A DNA stretch of 64,000 nt from Candidatus Woesearchaeota archaeon (GTDB taxonomy: Archaea > Nanobdellota > Nanobdellia > Woesearchaeales > ARS49), in contig QZIM01000002.1 in the NCBI GenBank assembly GCA_003599055.1, positions 517 through 64,516 on the forward strand. Direction: 5' to 3'. Position numbers and translations under genes: made by a program. A model generated the notes under the pieces. It was not told the DNA's origin, made no database searches, and worked only from the letters and a program-made list of their open reading frames with translations. This document shows, piece by piece, positions 37,974 to 47,674 of this stretch. Numbering within the stretch: the first letter of the stretch is position 1; the number at the start of each line of letters is the position of its first letter.

Positions 37974-38019
37974 TTTCATTTACCAAACCTTTTTATCCTT
38001 CGTTCGCTTTCCTTTCCGT

Positions 38020-38427
38020 ATGCCTGCTTTGACCGGTGATAAGTTTCTCGATATGCTTGCCGTGCGCCTGATTTCCGTGTATGAGCAGTGTTTGGGTTTT
38101 GAGCGTGCGGCGGTTCCGTTTGCAACTGCGAAGAACGCAACAGGGCAGATGGTCTTTAAGGCGGCGCGGGAGTTTTCCGCGTTGGTGACAACGCTTGACC
38201 GAAAGGACCCGGTTTTGGACTTGTGGGTTGAGTTTGAGGATGAGTTCAGGGCAGCAATTGAGAATCTCAAGTCGGTCGCGATAGGCATTCCCGACATCAC
38301 GGATGCGGTGCGTACGCTGATTCTTTCATTGATGCGTCTTTTGAAAAAGCCGTACCCGCAAAAGGCAGCGTTAATTTCGGCGAAATTGAAGGAGTTTGAG
38401 TCAGGGCGTTTGGCCGGCGTCCGTTAG
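38020..38427 (+). CDS. hypothetical protein
   Basis: ATG 38020 (MPALTGDKF...). The upstream ORF portion overlaps the tRNA-copy region. Confidence 0.45.
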   Translation: MPALTGDKFLDMLAVRLISVYEQCLGFERAAVPFATAKNATGQMVFKAAREFSALVTTLDRKDPVLDLWVEFEDEFRAAIENLKSVAIGIPDITDAVRTLILSLMRLLKKPYPQKAALISAKLKEFESGRLAGVR

Positions 38428-39197
38428 CGCAAATATTTCTCCAAAAACGCAAGTGTTTTTGACCACGCGTCTTTGGTTTCTTCGGGTGCAAAGTTCATTC
38501 CTGAGGGGTTTGCGAATGCGTGTCCGACGCCGGGGTAGATGTAAATCTCGTTTGTCACATTCAGCGAGTCAAGTGCAGAATCAAACGCGTTGACGGAATC
38601 AACGGGAATTGAAGTATCTGTCTCGCCAAAGATGCCAAGGACGGGCCAGTGTATCTTGCGCAGTTCTTCCGAATCAGTAACCAGCGTGCCATAGTAAATC
38701 ACTGTTGCGTCCATTTCTTCTCCGCTTAAGGCAAGTTCTAAGCTTTTGCCGCCGCCAAAGCACCAGCCAAGCGATGCAATTTTTGTTGCGCCAAGTTCGA
38801 GTAATTTTGTTTTTGCTGCGCGAAGATTCTCAACTGCTTTTGTCTTATTCACCAAAGAAACGTATGTTTGCGCGTCCGTTCTTTCTGTTGCAACGTTGCC
38901 GTTGTAGAGGTCAACGGCAAGGACGATGTATCCTTCGGTTGCCAGTTTCTCAGCGGTTTCCTTGATGTGGTCGTTAAGCCCCCACCATTCGTGTATCAGT
39001 ATGACGCCGGGATGCCTGCCGGGTTCAGGAGGTGTTACAAGGTAGCCGCTGAAATCTTCGCCAAACGTAATCATCTCGCCCGCAAGGGTCGCGTTTTGTT
39101 CAAGAACGTCAACGCCGCGAATGGGTTGTTGCAGGGGTGCTTCTTGTGTTGCGCACGCAATAAGAATCAGGAAGAGAACAGCGTAATGGGCGCGCAT
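38424..39197 (-). CDS. dienelactone hydrolase family lipoprotein
   Basis: Lipobox LIAC. GVILIHEWWGLNDHIK...EGYIVLAVDLY, nucleophile GWCFGG, and GVGHAF. Confidence 0.82.
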   Translation of the reverse strand: MRAHYAVLFLILIACATQEAPLQQPIRGVDVLEQNATLAGEMITFGEDFSGYLVTPPEPGRHPGVILIHEWWGLNDHIKETAEKLATEGYIVLAVDLYNGNVATERTDAQTYVSLVNKTKAVENLRAAKTKLLELGATKIASLGWCFGGGKSLELALSGEEMDATVIYYGTLVTDSEELRKIHWPVLGIFGETDTSIPVDSVNAFDSALDSLNVTNEIYIYPGVGHAFANPSGMNFAPEETKDAWSKTLAFLEKYLR

Positions 39198-39968
39198 TCA
39201 GTCTTTCCCGCGCACAAAGTCAATGACCCAAAGCCAGGGCGAGCGGGGTTCTTTGCCGGTTTTTTTGGTGTCGGCTTTGCGCGCGTGTTTTGCGGTTTTT
39301 GGCGCAGCGGGCTTCACGGACTGTTTCGGTATTTTTTTCACTGCGGGTTTAACCGGAGTGGCTGGTTTCTGCGCTGTTTTTGGCAGGGGCGCGGTTTTGA
39401 GCGGGACTGTTTTTTGCACGTTTGATTCTGTTTTTTTCACCGCGGGTTTTGTTGTTTGCACTTTTGGAGCGGGTGGTGTTTTTGGAACGGGTTTTTTCGC
39501 TTCAGAGGGGGGCATAACTTTTGGTTTTTCCCGCGCAACGGCTGTTTCCTGAGGGGAAGGGGGAACGGGTGTGGCTGCAGGTGCAGCTTCCGCCGCTTTG
39601 ACTTCAATGATTTTTTTGCCGCGGTATTTTTCGGGCAGGACGCTATCGCCGATTTCTTCGCGGATTATTTTGCAGAAGTGTTCAATTTTCGCTTCAATTT
39701 CGTCGCTTTCTTCGGGGAACGCGTCTGATGCGAGTTCTAAAAGGTCAAGGGTCCTTCCTGCTTCTTTTGCAAAGTCTTCAACGGAAATGCCAAGGATGAA
39801 CCGTGCGCGCATATTCGTTGACAAGTAGCGGACTTCCTTGAGGACATCTTTTTGGACAGAGTCGCTTTGCTGCCAGCCGCTTTCGATTTTGCTCTCAAGC
39901 CACGTGAAGTACGGCCCGACATGTTTGGAGAAGAATTCCATGTCGATTTCTATCGCCTCTTGTTTCAT
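39198..39968 (-). CDS. hypothetical protein with K/P/A-rich C-terminal half
   Basis: Start moved to ATG 39968, because the longer ORF overlaps the ileS start. Abuts the DLH gene start. Confidence 0.5.
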   Translation of the reverse strand: MKQEAIEIDMEFFSKHVGPYFTWLESKIESGWQQSDSVQKDVLKEVRYLSTNMRARFILGISVEDFAKEAGRTLDLLELASDAFPEESDEIEAKIEHFCKIIREEIGDSVLPEKYRGKKIIEVKAAEAAPAATPVPPSPQETAVAREKPKVMPPSEAKKPVPKTPPAPKVQTTKPAVKKTESNVQKTVPLKTAPLPKTAQKPATPVKPAVKKIPKQSVKPAAPKTAKHARKADTKKTGKEPRSPWLWVIDFVRGKD

Positions 39969-40082
39969 TCTCGAATGCCCGCACGCGCTTCCTTTTAAAT
40001 TTTTCGTCGGTGGAATAGCACTATCACATTTGCGCGTGAAAAGTAGCAATCTTTTTAAGCAGTCCTCTCCCGCCAAGCGGCA

Positions 40083-43000
40083 ATGAAGACGTATGATTTT
40101 AAGGTGCTTGAGCCGGCCGTTCTTGACTTTTGGAAAGCCAAGCAGACGTATCAGAAGCTGGTGCAAAGAAACAGGGACGGCAAGAAGTTTTACTATCTTG
40201 ACGGCCCTCCGTACACGACGGGCAAGATTCACATCGGGCACGCGTGGGGAAAAGCGCTTCGGGATATGCTCTTAAGATACAAGCGGATGAACGGTTTTAA
40301 TGTCTGGGACCGCCCTGGTTTTGATATGCACGGGCTTCCCATCGAAGTGAGCGTGGAAAAAGAGCTCGGAATCAGGGACAAGCACGAAATCGTGAACAAG
40401 TTCGGCCTGCAAAAGTTCATTGAGGCGTGTGAGAAATACGCGTTGGACAACTTGTGGCCGATGATTGAGGATTTCAGGCGTCTTGGCGTGTGGCTCAATT
40501 GGGACGACCCGTATATGACGATTAAGTCTGAATATATTGAGGGTGCGTGGTGGGCGCTTGCCGAGGCGGAAAAGAAAGGATTGCTCAATATCGGCAAGAA
40601 GGCAATGACGTGGTGTCCGAGGTGTGCGACCGCGCTTGCAAAGCACGAGCTTGAGTACGCGAACAGAAAAGATGAGTCCATCTTCGTAAAACTCAAAGTC
40701 GAAAACAAGCCAAACGAGTATCTTATCGTGTGGACGACGACGCCGTGGACGATTCCGTACAATATGGCGGTGATGGTGCATCCCGCGTTCAATTATGTCC
40801 GCTGTCAGGTCGATAATGAGGTCTGGGTTATTGCAGAGGCATTAGCTCAGGCAGTCATCGGCACGGTTGCGAAAAAGGAATTCACCGTCATCGAAACGCT
40901 CAAGGGGGAAGCACTCAAGGGCACAAAGTACGCCCACCCGTTCAAAGATGAAATCGCTTTCCACCAAACCAACAGGGAGTCAAACGCATACACGGTCGTC
41001 CTCTCTGAAAAATATGTGACAACTGATGCAGGTTCGGGCCTTGTGCACTGCGCGCCCGGCTGCGGTCCTGAGGATTTTGAGGTTGGAAAAGCGCACAACA
41101 TCACCGCGTTTAACGAGACGGATGAGCACGGGTGTTTTCCGGAAAGTATGGGTGAGCTCAAGGGCCTTGTGGCAAAACAAGATGACGCAAAATTCATCGA
41201 ACTGCTTGACGCAAGGGGTGCGCTTCTTGGCAAGTCCAAAATCAATCACGAGTACGCGCATTGCTGGCGGTGCAAGACGCCGGTTATTTTCCGCGCGACC
41301 GACCAGTGGTTCCTTGCCGTTGAACAGCTCCGCGACCAAATGGCGAAGAACAACGAAAAGCTCACGTGGGTTCCTGATTGGGCGGGGAGTCGCCAGTTTG
41401 ACAGCTGGCTGAAATCGCTTCAGGACTGGTGTATTTCTCGCCAGCGTTTTTGGGGAATTCCGCTTCCGATTTGGCTGTGCGGTTGCGGCAAAAGAAAAGT
41501 CATTGGCACACAAAAGGAGCTTGAGTCATTAACAAATAAGAAACTTGACAATCTTCACCGCCCGTGGATTGATGCAGTTCGTATTCCGTGCCCGTGCGGA
41601 AAGGCAATGCAAAGGGTTCCTGATGTGCTTGACGTGTGGCTGGACAGCGGTGTTGCGCCGTGGGCAACGCTGAAGTATCCTTCGCACGAGCAGCCGTTTA
41701 TGGACCTTGGCTTTCCTGATGTCATTCTTGAGGGGAAGGACCAGGTTCGCGGCTGGTTCAATTCGCTCACCTGTATGGCAATGGTGAGTTTTGGCAGGAT
41801 TCCGTTCAGGGCGGTGTATATGCACGGATTCATTAATGACGCGCAGGGCAGGAAAATGTCAAAGTCATTAAAGAACTTCATCACGCCGTATGAAATCATT
41901 GATGTTTTCGGCGCGGACACGCTGCGCTTCTACCAAATTGGCGGCGCGCAGCCCGGGCTTGACCTGAATTTCAATCACGAGGACGCGAAGACCAAGCATC
42001 GCAATTTGGTTGTTCTTTGGAATTTGCACAACTTGCTTCAGGACCTTGCAGCAGAACTCAAGCGTGACCCGTCGAAGCTTGACCCAATAGTTATGCGTTC
42101 ATTGTTCTCTGTTGAGGAGCGTTTCCTCTTCAGCAAGGTTGCAAGCACGCAAAAGTTAGTAACAAGACTTTTCGATGAGTTAAGGCTCAATGAGGTTCCT
42201 TCGCACGTTGAGGACCTTTTTTTGACAGTCAGCAGAAGCTACGTGCAGATGGTGCGTGACAAGATGGCGGTGGGCGAGGATTCCGAGCGGGAAGTGGTGC
42301 TTTTCGCGCTCTATCACGCGGTCACGGAATCGCTCAGGCTGCTCGCGCCGATTGCGCCGTTTATTGCAGAGCAGATGTGGCAGAATTTGCGAAAGGAGTT
42401 TAAGCTTGAGGAGGAAAGCGTTCATCTCGCCCTTTGGCCGAAGGCAAATGAGAAGGACATTGATGAGTCTCTTGAGCGGCAAATGACGCAGGCGGATGCG
42501 GTGATGCAGGCGATTTTGGCGGCGCGGGAGAAGGCAAAGCTGTCCGTAAGGTGGCCAATCAAAAAAGTTGCAGTCATCACGCAGGGCAGGGACGCGATAA
42601 GGTCAATTGAGGAAATCGCGGACATCATTAAGACACAAACAAACGTTAAGGAACTCCACGCGCATCACGAATTGCCTGAAGTAAAATTGAGTCTCGCACC
42701 AAATCAAGGGCCTATTGGCAAGGACTTTGGAAAGGGACGATTAAAGGTTCTATCATACATTGAACATCTTGCAAAAAGCAATCCTGCTGATGCGCTCGTG
42801 GCGTTGGCAAAAGAAGGGATTATCGTAGCTCAGTGGGAGGGTGAGGAATTCAAGCTTAACAAAGACCACCTCATCATCAACCGCGAGGTGCCAAAGCACC
42901 TCATAGAAATGCCGTTCCGCGGCGGTTTTGTCTATCTTGACACGACAAGGACGCCCGAGCTTGACGCGGAAGGGTTTGCGCGCGAGATTATGCGCAGGAC

Positions 43001-43235
43001 TCAGCAGTTACGAAAGGACGCGGGGCTCAAAAAGTCGGACACCATTGCGCTCTACGTTCAAACAGGTGAAGAATTAGCAAAACAACTCGACCAGTGGGTG
43101 TCCAAAATTGCGGAAAAGTGCGGCGCAAATCCTGCAAAAATCGGCAGTTTGGACCCGGTACGAAAGCACGAACACCAAGCGGAAGAGACGATTAAGGGCA
43201 AACAAATCAGGTTTTTCTTGGATAAGGTTAATTGA
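40083..43235 (+). CDS. ileS: isoleucyl-tRNA synthetase
   Basis: 1050 aa. HIGH (GKIHIGHAWG), KMSKS (RKMSKSLKN), CP1 editing insert, and Zn-binding CPRC/CWRC. Confidence 0.95.
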   Translation: MKTYDFKVLEPAVLDFWKAKQTYQKLVQRNRDGKKFYYLDGPPYTTGKIHIGHAWGKALRDMLLRYKRMNGFNVWDRPGFDMHGLPIEVSVEKELGIRDKHEIVNKFGLQKFIEACEKYALDNLWPMIEDFRRLGVWLNWDDPYMTIKSEYIEGAWWALAEAEKKGLLNIGKKAMTWCPRCATALAKHELEYANRKDESIFVKLKVENKPNEYLIVWTTTPWTIPYNMAVMVHPAFNYVRCQVDNEVWVIAEALAQAVIGTVAKKEFTVIETLKGEALKGTKYAHPFKDEIAFHQTNRESNAYTVVLSEKYVTTDAGSGLVHCAPGCGPEDFEVGKAHNITAFNETDEHGCFPESMGELKGLVAKQDDAKFIELLDARGALLGKSKINHEYAHCWRCKTPVIFRATDQWFLAVEQLRDQMAKNNEKLTWVPDWAGSRQFDSWLKSLQDWCISRQRFWGIPLPIWLCGCGKRKVIGTQKELESLTNKKLDNLHRPWIDAVRIPCPCGKAMQRVPDVLDVWLDSGVAPWATLKYPSHEQPFMDLGFPDVILEGKDQVRGWFNSLTCMAMVSFGRIPFRAVYMHGFINDAQGRKMSKSLKNFITPYEIIDVFGADTLRFYQIGGAQPGLDLNFNHEDAKTKHRNLVVLWNLHNLLQDLAAELKRDPSKLDPIVMRSLFSVEERFLFSKVASTQKLVTRLFDELRLNEVPSHVEDLFLTVSRSYVQMVRDKMAVGEDSEREVVLFALYHAVTESLRLLAPIAPFIAEQMWQNLRKEFKLEEESVHLALWPKANEKDIDESLERQMTQADAVMQAILAAREKAKLSVRWPIKKVAVITQGRDAIRSIEEIADIIKTQTNVKELHAHHELPEVKLSLAPNQGPIGKDFGKGRLKVLSYIEHLAKSNPADALVALAKEGIIVAQWEGEEFKLNKDHLIINREVPKHLIEMPFRGGFVYLDTTRTPELDAEGFAREIMRRTQQLRKDAGLKKSDTIALYVQTGEELAKQLDQWVSKIAEKCGANPAKIGSLDPVRKHEHQAEETIKGKQIRFFLDKVN

Positions 43236-43286
43236 CCCGGCCAAAAACCACAATGCTTAAAAGTTGTTAGATGCTTCTCTCGTTCA

Positions 43287-44039
43287 ATGAAAAAGGTGCT
43301 TATCTTCCTCTTGCTCGCAAGCGCAGTGTATGCGCAGCTCCCCTGGAGCGTTACTGACTTGCGTTGCGGTAACGGCAAGATTGATGAGTTCGAGATGTGC
43401 GATGGAGGGATTCGGGACCTTGGCCATTGTGAGGCGCTCGGAACGATTCTGAAAATTGACCTTGCGTGTGATTCCCAGCATTGCACGTGCCTTCCGAGGG
43501 TGAACAAGGCGTATTGCGGCAATAATATTCGTGAGGGTGTTGAGATGTGTGACGGCCACGCGGAGGACAAGTGCGGCGAGCTTGGCGGGGTGATGAACCT
43601 GTCATTGTCCTGCGACCCCAAGGCGTGCGGCTGCCTGCTTAATGATACGGCAATTCCTGTTGACTACGACCCGTCCGTTCTTGACGCGCTGCACAACCAG
43701 TCGGGCAGGGCGTCGTCGTGCGGCGACAAGAAGGTTGAGCGCGCGGAAGACTGTGACCCTCCGGACACGCTGTGCACGACGGCAACCAAGGAGCCGGGGA
43801 TTTGCACAAGCAAGTGTAAGTGCGTAACGCCTGCCGAGCTTGCGCGGGAAAATGAAGAGGCGGTTGTGCTCGCGCCTTCTGAAACAAACCTGTCTGAAAC
43901 AAACAGGACAGTGATGAACAATTCCGAATCAGACAATTCCGAAGTTCCAAAGGACAACCTGACTTCCCAAGTGGAGGGGCCAAAGGAGCCGGGCTTTTTC
44001 GGAAGGGCCTGGGCGTGGATTGTCGGGCTGTTTAGCTGA
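43287..44039 (+). CDS. secreted protein with three cysteine-rich CGNG..E..E.CD repeats
   Basis: Signal peptide. The repeats CGNGKIDEFEMCDGG, CGNNIREGVEMCDGH and CGDKKVERAEDCDPP resemble the Myxococcus-type cysteine-rich repeat. Confidence 0.68.
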   Translation: MKKVLIFLLLASAVYAQLPWSVTDLRCGNGKIDEFEMCDGGIRDLGHCEALGTILKIDLACDSQHCTCLPRVNKAYCGNNIREGVEMCDGHAEDKCGELGGVMNLSLSCDPKACGCLLNDTAIPVDYDPSVLDALHNQSGRASSCGDKKVERAEDCDPPDTLCTTATKEPGICTSKCKCVTPAELARENEEAVVLAPSETNLSETNRTVMNNSESDNSEVPKDNLTSQVEGPKEPGFFGRAWAWIVGLFS

Positions 44040-44947
44040 TGAAACGTTTGGTATTGGTCTTACTCGTATTGGCCGCGTGCGTGCCTGAGTATGTTCCTCC
44101 GCAGGAGAACGTGGCTGTTCCGAATCAAACAAGCATATCTTCGCCGCCACGCATTTCGCGCGAATTTTCCTCGCTTGACCCAACGCGCACGGTAAAGGCG
44201 TCTGACGGCTCGCTGTTCTCGCTCTCGGAAAATAATACGCTTCTGAAAGTTGAGCGGCCGGACAGGACGTGGATTCTCAAGTACGAGCGCGGCAGGCTCG
44301 CAGAAATCGAAGGCGAGCAGAACGTTGAATTTCTTTACAATCAGTCGCGCCTTTCTGAGATTGATTTTGGCGCGCGAAAAATGACGTTCAGGTACGATTC
44401 GCGGGGTCGTCTTGTGGAAGTTCGGGGAGGTCAGGAGCCGCTCTATTTTGAGTATGACAGCTTGGACCAGATTCGCGGGGTGAGGCGCGGTGTTGCGGGA
44501 AAGACGAGTATTGATTATGATAAAGAGGGCCGTTTCAAATACATAACGAGGGGAGTGCGGACGGTGAACGTTATTCTTGATGACAAAGGCCGCATTCGTA
44601 ATTTTGACGGTGATGACGTGAAGTGGATTTTGGGTTATTGGCGCGATGATAAGCTCATTTCGCTCACCGGCAAGGCATTCGGTGGAGGGCTTGCGGTGAG
44701 TTACGGCCCGGGTTATCCGCCGACAGAGGCAAAGGTTGTGCACGCAAAGGACTCGATTACTTTTACTGCGGCATACCAAGATACGCTTTATACGGTCGTC
44801 GATGACTATCTGTATTGCAATTACGTGCGCCAGCTTAAGGAAATTCCGTTTGAGGGTGAGAGTTTCGCATTTTTTGCAACGTATTTTGGCGGGGACATCG
44901 CAGGATACGTTGCTCAGCAGGTGAGGTGTTTGGTGTATGAGAACTAG
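44039..44947 (+). CDS. lipoprotein with YD/RHS-like repeats
   Basis: Lipobox VLAAC. Recurrent F(E/R)YD..(G/D)(R/Q) motifs (FRYDSRGRLVEV, FEYDSLDQIRGV, IDYDKEGRFKYI). TGATG overlap with the upstream gene. Confidence 0.55.
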   Translation: MKRLVLVLLVLAACVPEYVPPQENVAVPNQTSISSPPRISREFSSLDPTRTVKASDGSLFSLSENNTLLKVERPDRTWILKYERGRLAEIEGEQNVEFLYNQSRLSEIDFGARKMTFRYDSRGRLVEVRGGQEPLYFEYDSLDQIRGVRRGVAGKTSIDYDKEGRFKYITRGVRTVNVILDDKGRIRNFDGDDVKWILGYWRDDKLISLTGKAFGGGLAVSYGPGYPPTEAKVVHAKDSITFTAAYQDTLYTVVDDYLYCNYVRQLKEIPFEGESFAFFATYFGGDIAGYVAQQVRCLVYEN

Positions 44948-45407
44948 GCCGCTTGCCGAAGTAACATTGCGAAAGTATGAAAAGCCGCTGAAAATTGAAG
45001 GCCGTGATTTGGTGAAAAAATTGTGCTTAAGCGTTGGCCTTTTGCAGCCAAATGACTCGCGTGACGTGATTGTTGATGTGTTTTGCTCGTTGCTCAGGTC
45101 AAAGGGTGCGCTTTCACAGGCGGAAATTGAGGCGACAGTGCGTGCGGCACGGGCAAAAGCAAGCCTGCCTGAGACGGGCTGTGCTGCATCGAACATTCGG
45201 CGGCAGGTGCGGCGCTTGCGGGAGTCTCTTTTTATTGAAAAGGTTGGCGCAAAGTACAAGGTGCGTGATGATGCGCCTTTGCACCACGTGTTTGAGGAGC
45301 ATTTTGAAAAGTTTTATGTACCTGCGATTCTCCTGCGGGTGAAGGAATACTGCGAAGCAGTGGACAAGGAGAGGTGGATGAATGAGACCGGTTCCGAAAA
45401 GCGATGA
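44937..45407 (+). CDS. putative winged-helix DNA-binding protein
   Basis: 156 aa. Called from a helix-turn-helix-like central region only, so the assignment is weak. Confidence 0.45.
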   Translation: MRTRPLAEVTLRKYEKPLKIEGRDLVKKLCLSVGLLQPNDSRDVIVDVFCSLLRSKGALSQAEIEATVRAARAKASLPETGCAASNIRRQVRRLRESLFIEKVGAKYKVRDDAPLHHVFEEHFEKFYVPAILLRVKEYCEAVDKERWMNETGSEKR

Positions 45408-45540
45408 AGTGATGTGCCCAAAGTGCGAGAGCCCGATGGATAAGTCGTTTGCAACAATCAGCGGCAACGCCAAATACCTGACGTTTGAGTGCGAAGTGTG
45501 CAACCACAAGGAAATGAAGTGTACGGGCGTTTTGCGCTAG
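45382..45540 (+). CDS. 52-aa zinc-ribbon protein (below the ORF-track cutoff)
   Basis: Translated by hand: MRPVPKSDEVMCPKCESPMDKSFATISGNAKYLTFECEVCNHKEMKCTGVLR. CPKC-x21-CEVC. Confidence 0.4.
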   Translation: MRPVPKSDEVMCPKCESPMDKSFATISGNAKYLTFECEVCNHKEMKCTGVLR

Positions 45541-45577
45541 CGCATCTTTTTTATAGTTCAGATTACCTCTTTTTTTG

Positions 45578-46723
45578 ATGGTCTATGAGCCCCAAGAGGA
45601 CAGCTTTCTTCTGAAAGAATTTGTCGCACGGTACGCAAGAGGAAATGTGCTTGATATGGGCACGGGTTCGGGGATTCAGGCGCGGGAGGCCGCGCACAGC
45701 GCAAAAGTTTCGCGCGTCCTTGCAGTTGACATCGACAAGGGCTCGCTCGCCTATGCAAAAAAGCACAGTAACGGCAAGTGGCACAGGAAAATCAGTTGGC
45801 TGCACAGTGACTTGTTCAGTAAAGTTCCGCCGAAAAAATACGCGCATACATTTGACACAATCATCTTCAACCCGCCGTATCTTCCGCAGGAAGGAAGATT
45901 CAGGCACATTGACCTTGAGGGCGGTAAGGAAGGCCACGAGACAATCGCGCGATTCCTTGAGGGCGCGTCTCATTATCTGAAAAAAGACGGGCAAATCCTG
46001 CTGGTGTTTTCCTCATTGACTCCGCACGTGCGTGAGTTGGTTGAAAAAAACCTTTATGTTGCGGAAGAGTTGGGGAAAAAGCACGTCTTTTTTGAGGACG
46101 TGATTGTCTGGCTGCTTCGGCCGAATCCGGCAGGAGCGGAGCTGGACGGGAAAGGAGTTTGCTGTCTTCGCTATTTTGCGCAAGGGAAGCGCGGTCTTGT
46201 GTTTGTGGGGAAGAGGGCGGGAAAGGCCGTTGCGGTAAAGATAAAAAAGCAATCAAGCGAGTCCCCGACCGGTGTTGCGCACGAGGCGGCAATGCTGCGG
46301 ATAGTCAATAAGGAAGGTATCGGCCCGAAATTTATTTTGAGTACTGAGCACGCGCTGGTGTATGAGTTTGTGAGGGGCAAGTTGTTGCGGGAGATACGGG
46401 AAAAAAATGAGCTTGTTGGTGTCGCGATGAAGGTTCTGAATCAGTGCTTCACGCTTGACCGACTGCAAATAAACAAGCAGGAGATGACGCGCCCGTGGAA
46501 ACACGTGATTGTAAAGGGTTCAAAAGTGACGATGATTGATTTTGAGCGCGCGAGAAAAACAAGCAGCCCGCACAACGTGACTCAGTTTTGCCAGTTTATC
46601 GGGAACAATTTGGACAGAAAGCATAAAAAGAAGTGGGTCGCGCTGGCAAAGGGCTACAGTGAGGACAAAAGCGAAATGGCGCTGAAGAAAATGCAGGAGG
46701 TGCTTCGTGCACTACGTAACTGA
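45578..46723 (+). CDS. fusion: HemK/Mtq2-like N5-glutamine methyltransferase + small Bud32/RIO-like kinase domain
   Basis: N-terminal half has VLDMGTGSGIQ and IIFNPPYLP (NPPY). C-terminal half has GKRGLVFVG..AVAVKIKK...VYEFV.G...KHVIVKGSKVTMIDFERA. ATG 45578 lies about 25 nt downstream of TTTTTATAG. Confidence 0.72.
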   Translation: MVYEPQEDSFLLKEFVARYARGNVLDMGTGSGIQAREAAHSAKVSRVLAVDIDKGSLAYAKKHSNGKWHRKISWLHSDLFSKVPPKKYAHTFDTIIFNPPYLPQEGRFRHIDLEGGKEGHETIARFLEGASHYLKKDGQILLVFSSLTPHVRELVEKNLYVAEELGKKHVFFEDVIVWLLRPNPAGAELDGKGVCCLRYFAQGKRGLVFVGKRAGKAVAVKIKKQSSESPTGVAHEAAMLRIVNKEGIGPKFILSTEHALVYEFVRGKLLREIREKNELVGVAMKVLNQCFTLDRLQINKQEMTRPWKHVIVKGSKVTMIDFERARKTSSPHNVTQFCQFIGNNLDRKHKKKWVALAKGYSEDKSEMALKKMQEVLRALRN

Positions 46724-46951
46724 CTTGGGTGTTGGGCGGGAAAAGAGGGCCAAAAGGCCGTTGCGTTCTTCTCGCGAAGTAATTGAAGATATCCAGTCCG
46801 ACCAGAGCGGTCTTGATATCATTTTGGGTAAGCGGATGGATGATGCGGCAGGCTCAATTGGGTTTGGCTCGGTAGCGCTGTTTTGGGAATACGCGGTTGA
46901 GCGTCTGCGCTCGTATTTCACAAGGAATGAGGCAGGGGTTCCGCCAACCGA

Positions 46952-47281
46952 GTGGTACAAGTGACCCGCACAACGGTTTTTGCGGAAAGAGTATATGCTG
47001 CCTGCAGGATGATTCCGAAAGGAAAAGTCTCAACATACGGCGATATCGCAAGGTATCTTAATTCTGCGCCAAGAGCGGTCGGCCAGGCGCTGAAAAGAAA
47101 TCCGTACGCGCCAAAAGTCCCGTGCCACAGGGTTGTCGCATCGGATGGCAGGATTGGCGGCTTTATGGGCGAGGCGAGCGGTCCTGAGGTCGGGCGGAAA
47201 ATCAGGCTGCTCAAAAGTGAGGGGGTTCAGGTGCGGGAGGGCAGGATTGATGGTTTTACGGGGAAGCGACGCGTATTTTGA
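46952..47281 (+). CDS. ogt: methylated-DNA-protein-cysteine methyltransferase (C-terminal domain only)
   Basis: 109 aa with a GTG start. IPKGKVSTYGDIA...NPYAPKVPCHRVV, with the active-site PCHR. Confidence 0.85.
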   Translation: MVQVTRTTVFAERVYAACRMIPKGKVSTYGDIARYLNSAPRAVGQALKRNPYAPKVPCHRVVASDGRIGGFMGEASGPEVGRKIRLLKSEGVQVREGRIDGFTGKRRVF

Positions 47282-47285
47282 TAAT

Positions 47286-47612
47286 TTATGCACTTTTTGT
47301 GCCCGCAATGGCAAACCTGATACGGTGAATATCTGAGTCAACTCGGTCAAGTTTATTTTTTATTCCGTTAAGGTCAGTGTCGAGATGGTTGACGCGGGTG
47401 GTTAGCGTGGCAAGCCCGACGGCAATTTGGTTTATTTTGTCCATAATATTTTGATAGAATGAGAGTAAGCTGATGATAAGTCCTGCAAGAGGCACGCCAA
47501 ATGCAAGCCAGGGCGGGGTGTTGATGATTCCTGCACTTTTGAGAATGGTCCAGAGTGTAAGGACTGCAAGAGATGCATAAAAAAGCATTTGCCAAAACCG
47601 CTCTTTTGTCAT
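47286..47612 (-). CDS. two-TM protein with C-terminal coiled coil
   Basis: ATG 47612 (MTKERFWQMLFYASLAVL...). The upstream part of the ORF has R/C/S-rich junk composition. Confidence 0.45.
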   Translation of the reverse strand: MTKERFWQMLFYASLAVLTLWTILKSAGIINTPPWLAFGVPLAGLIISLLSFYQNIMDKINQIAVGLATLTTRVNHLDTDLNGIKNKLDRVDSDIHRIRFAIAGTKSA

Positions 47613-47674
47613 GATTTGACTAATTAACTTTCTCTTTTTATTTCTTGCGCAGAAAAATCGGGAAAATTTACGGA

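Noticed and set aside
44060-45259. 399-aa minus-strand ORF
   Set aside because: It lies entirely antisense to the YD-like lipoprotein and wHTH genes. Its composition is R/K/P/S-rich and low-complexity with no motifs. This is a typical shadow ORF.
46707-46964. 85-aa ORF between the methyltransferase-kinase gene and ogt
   Set aside because: It overlaps both neighbours, and I recognised no motif or usable promoter spacing. There is not enough support to call it.
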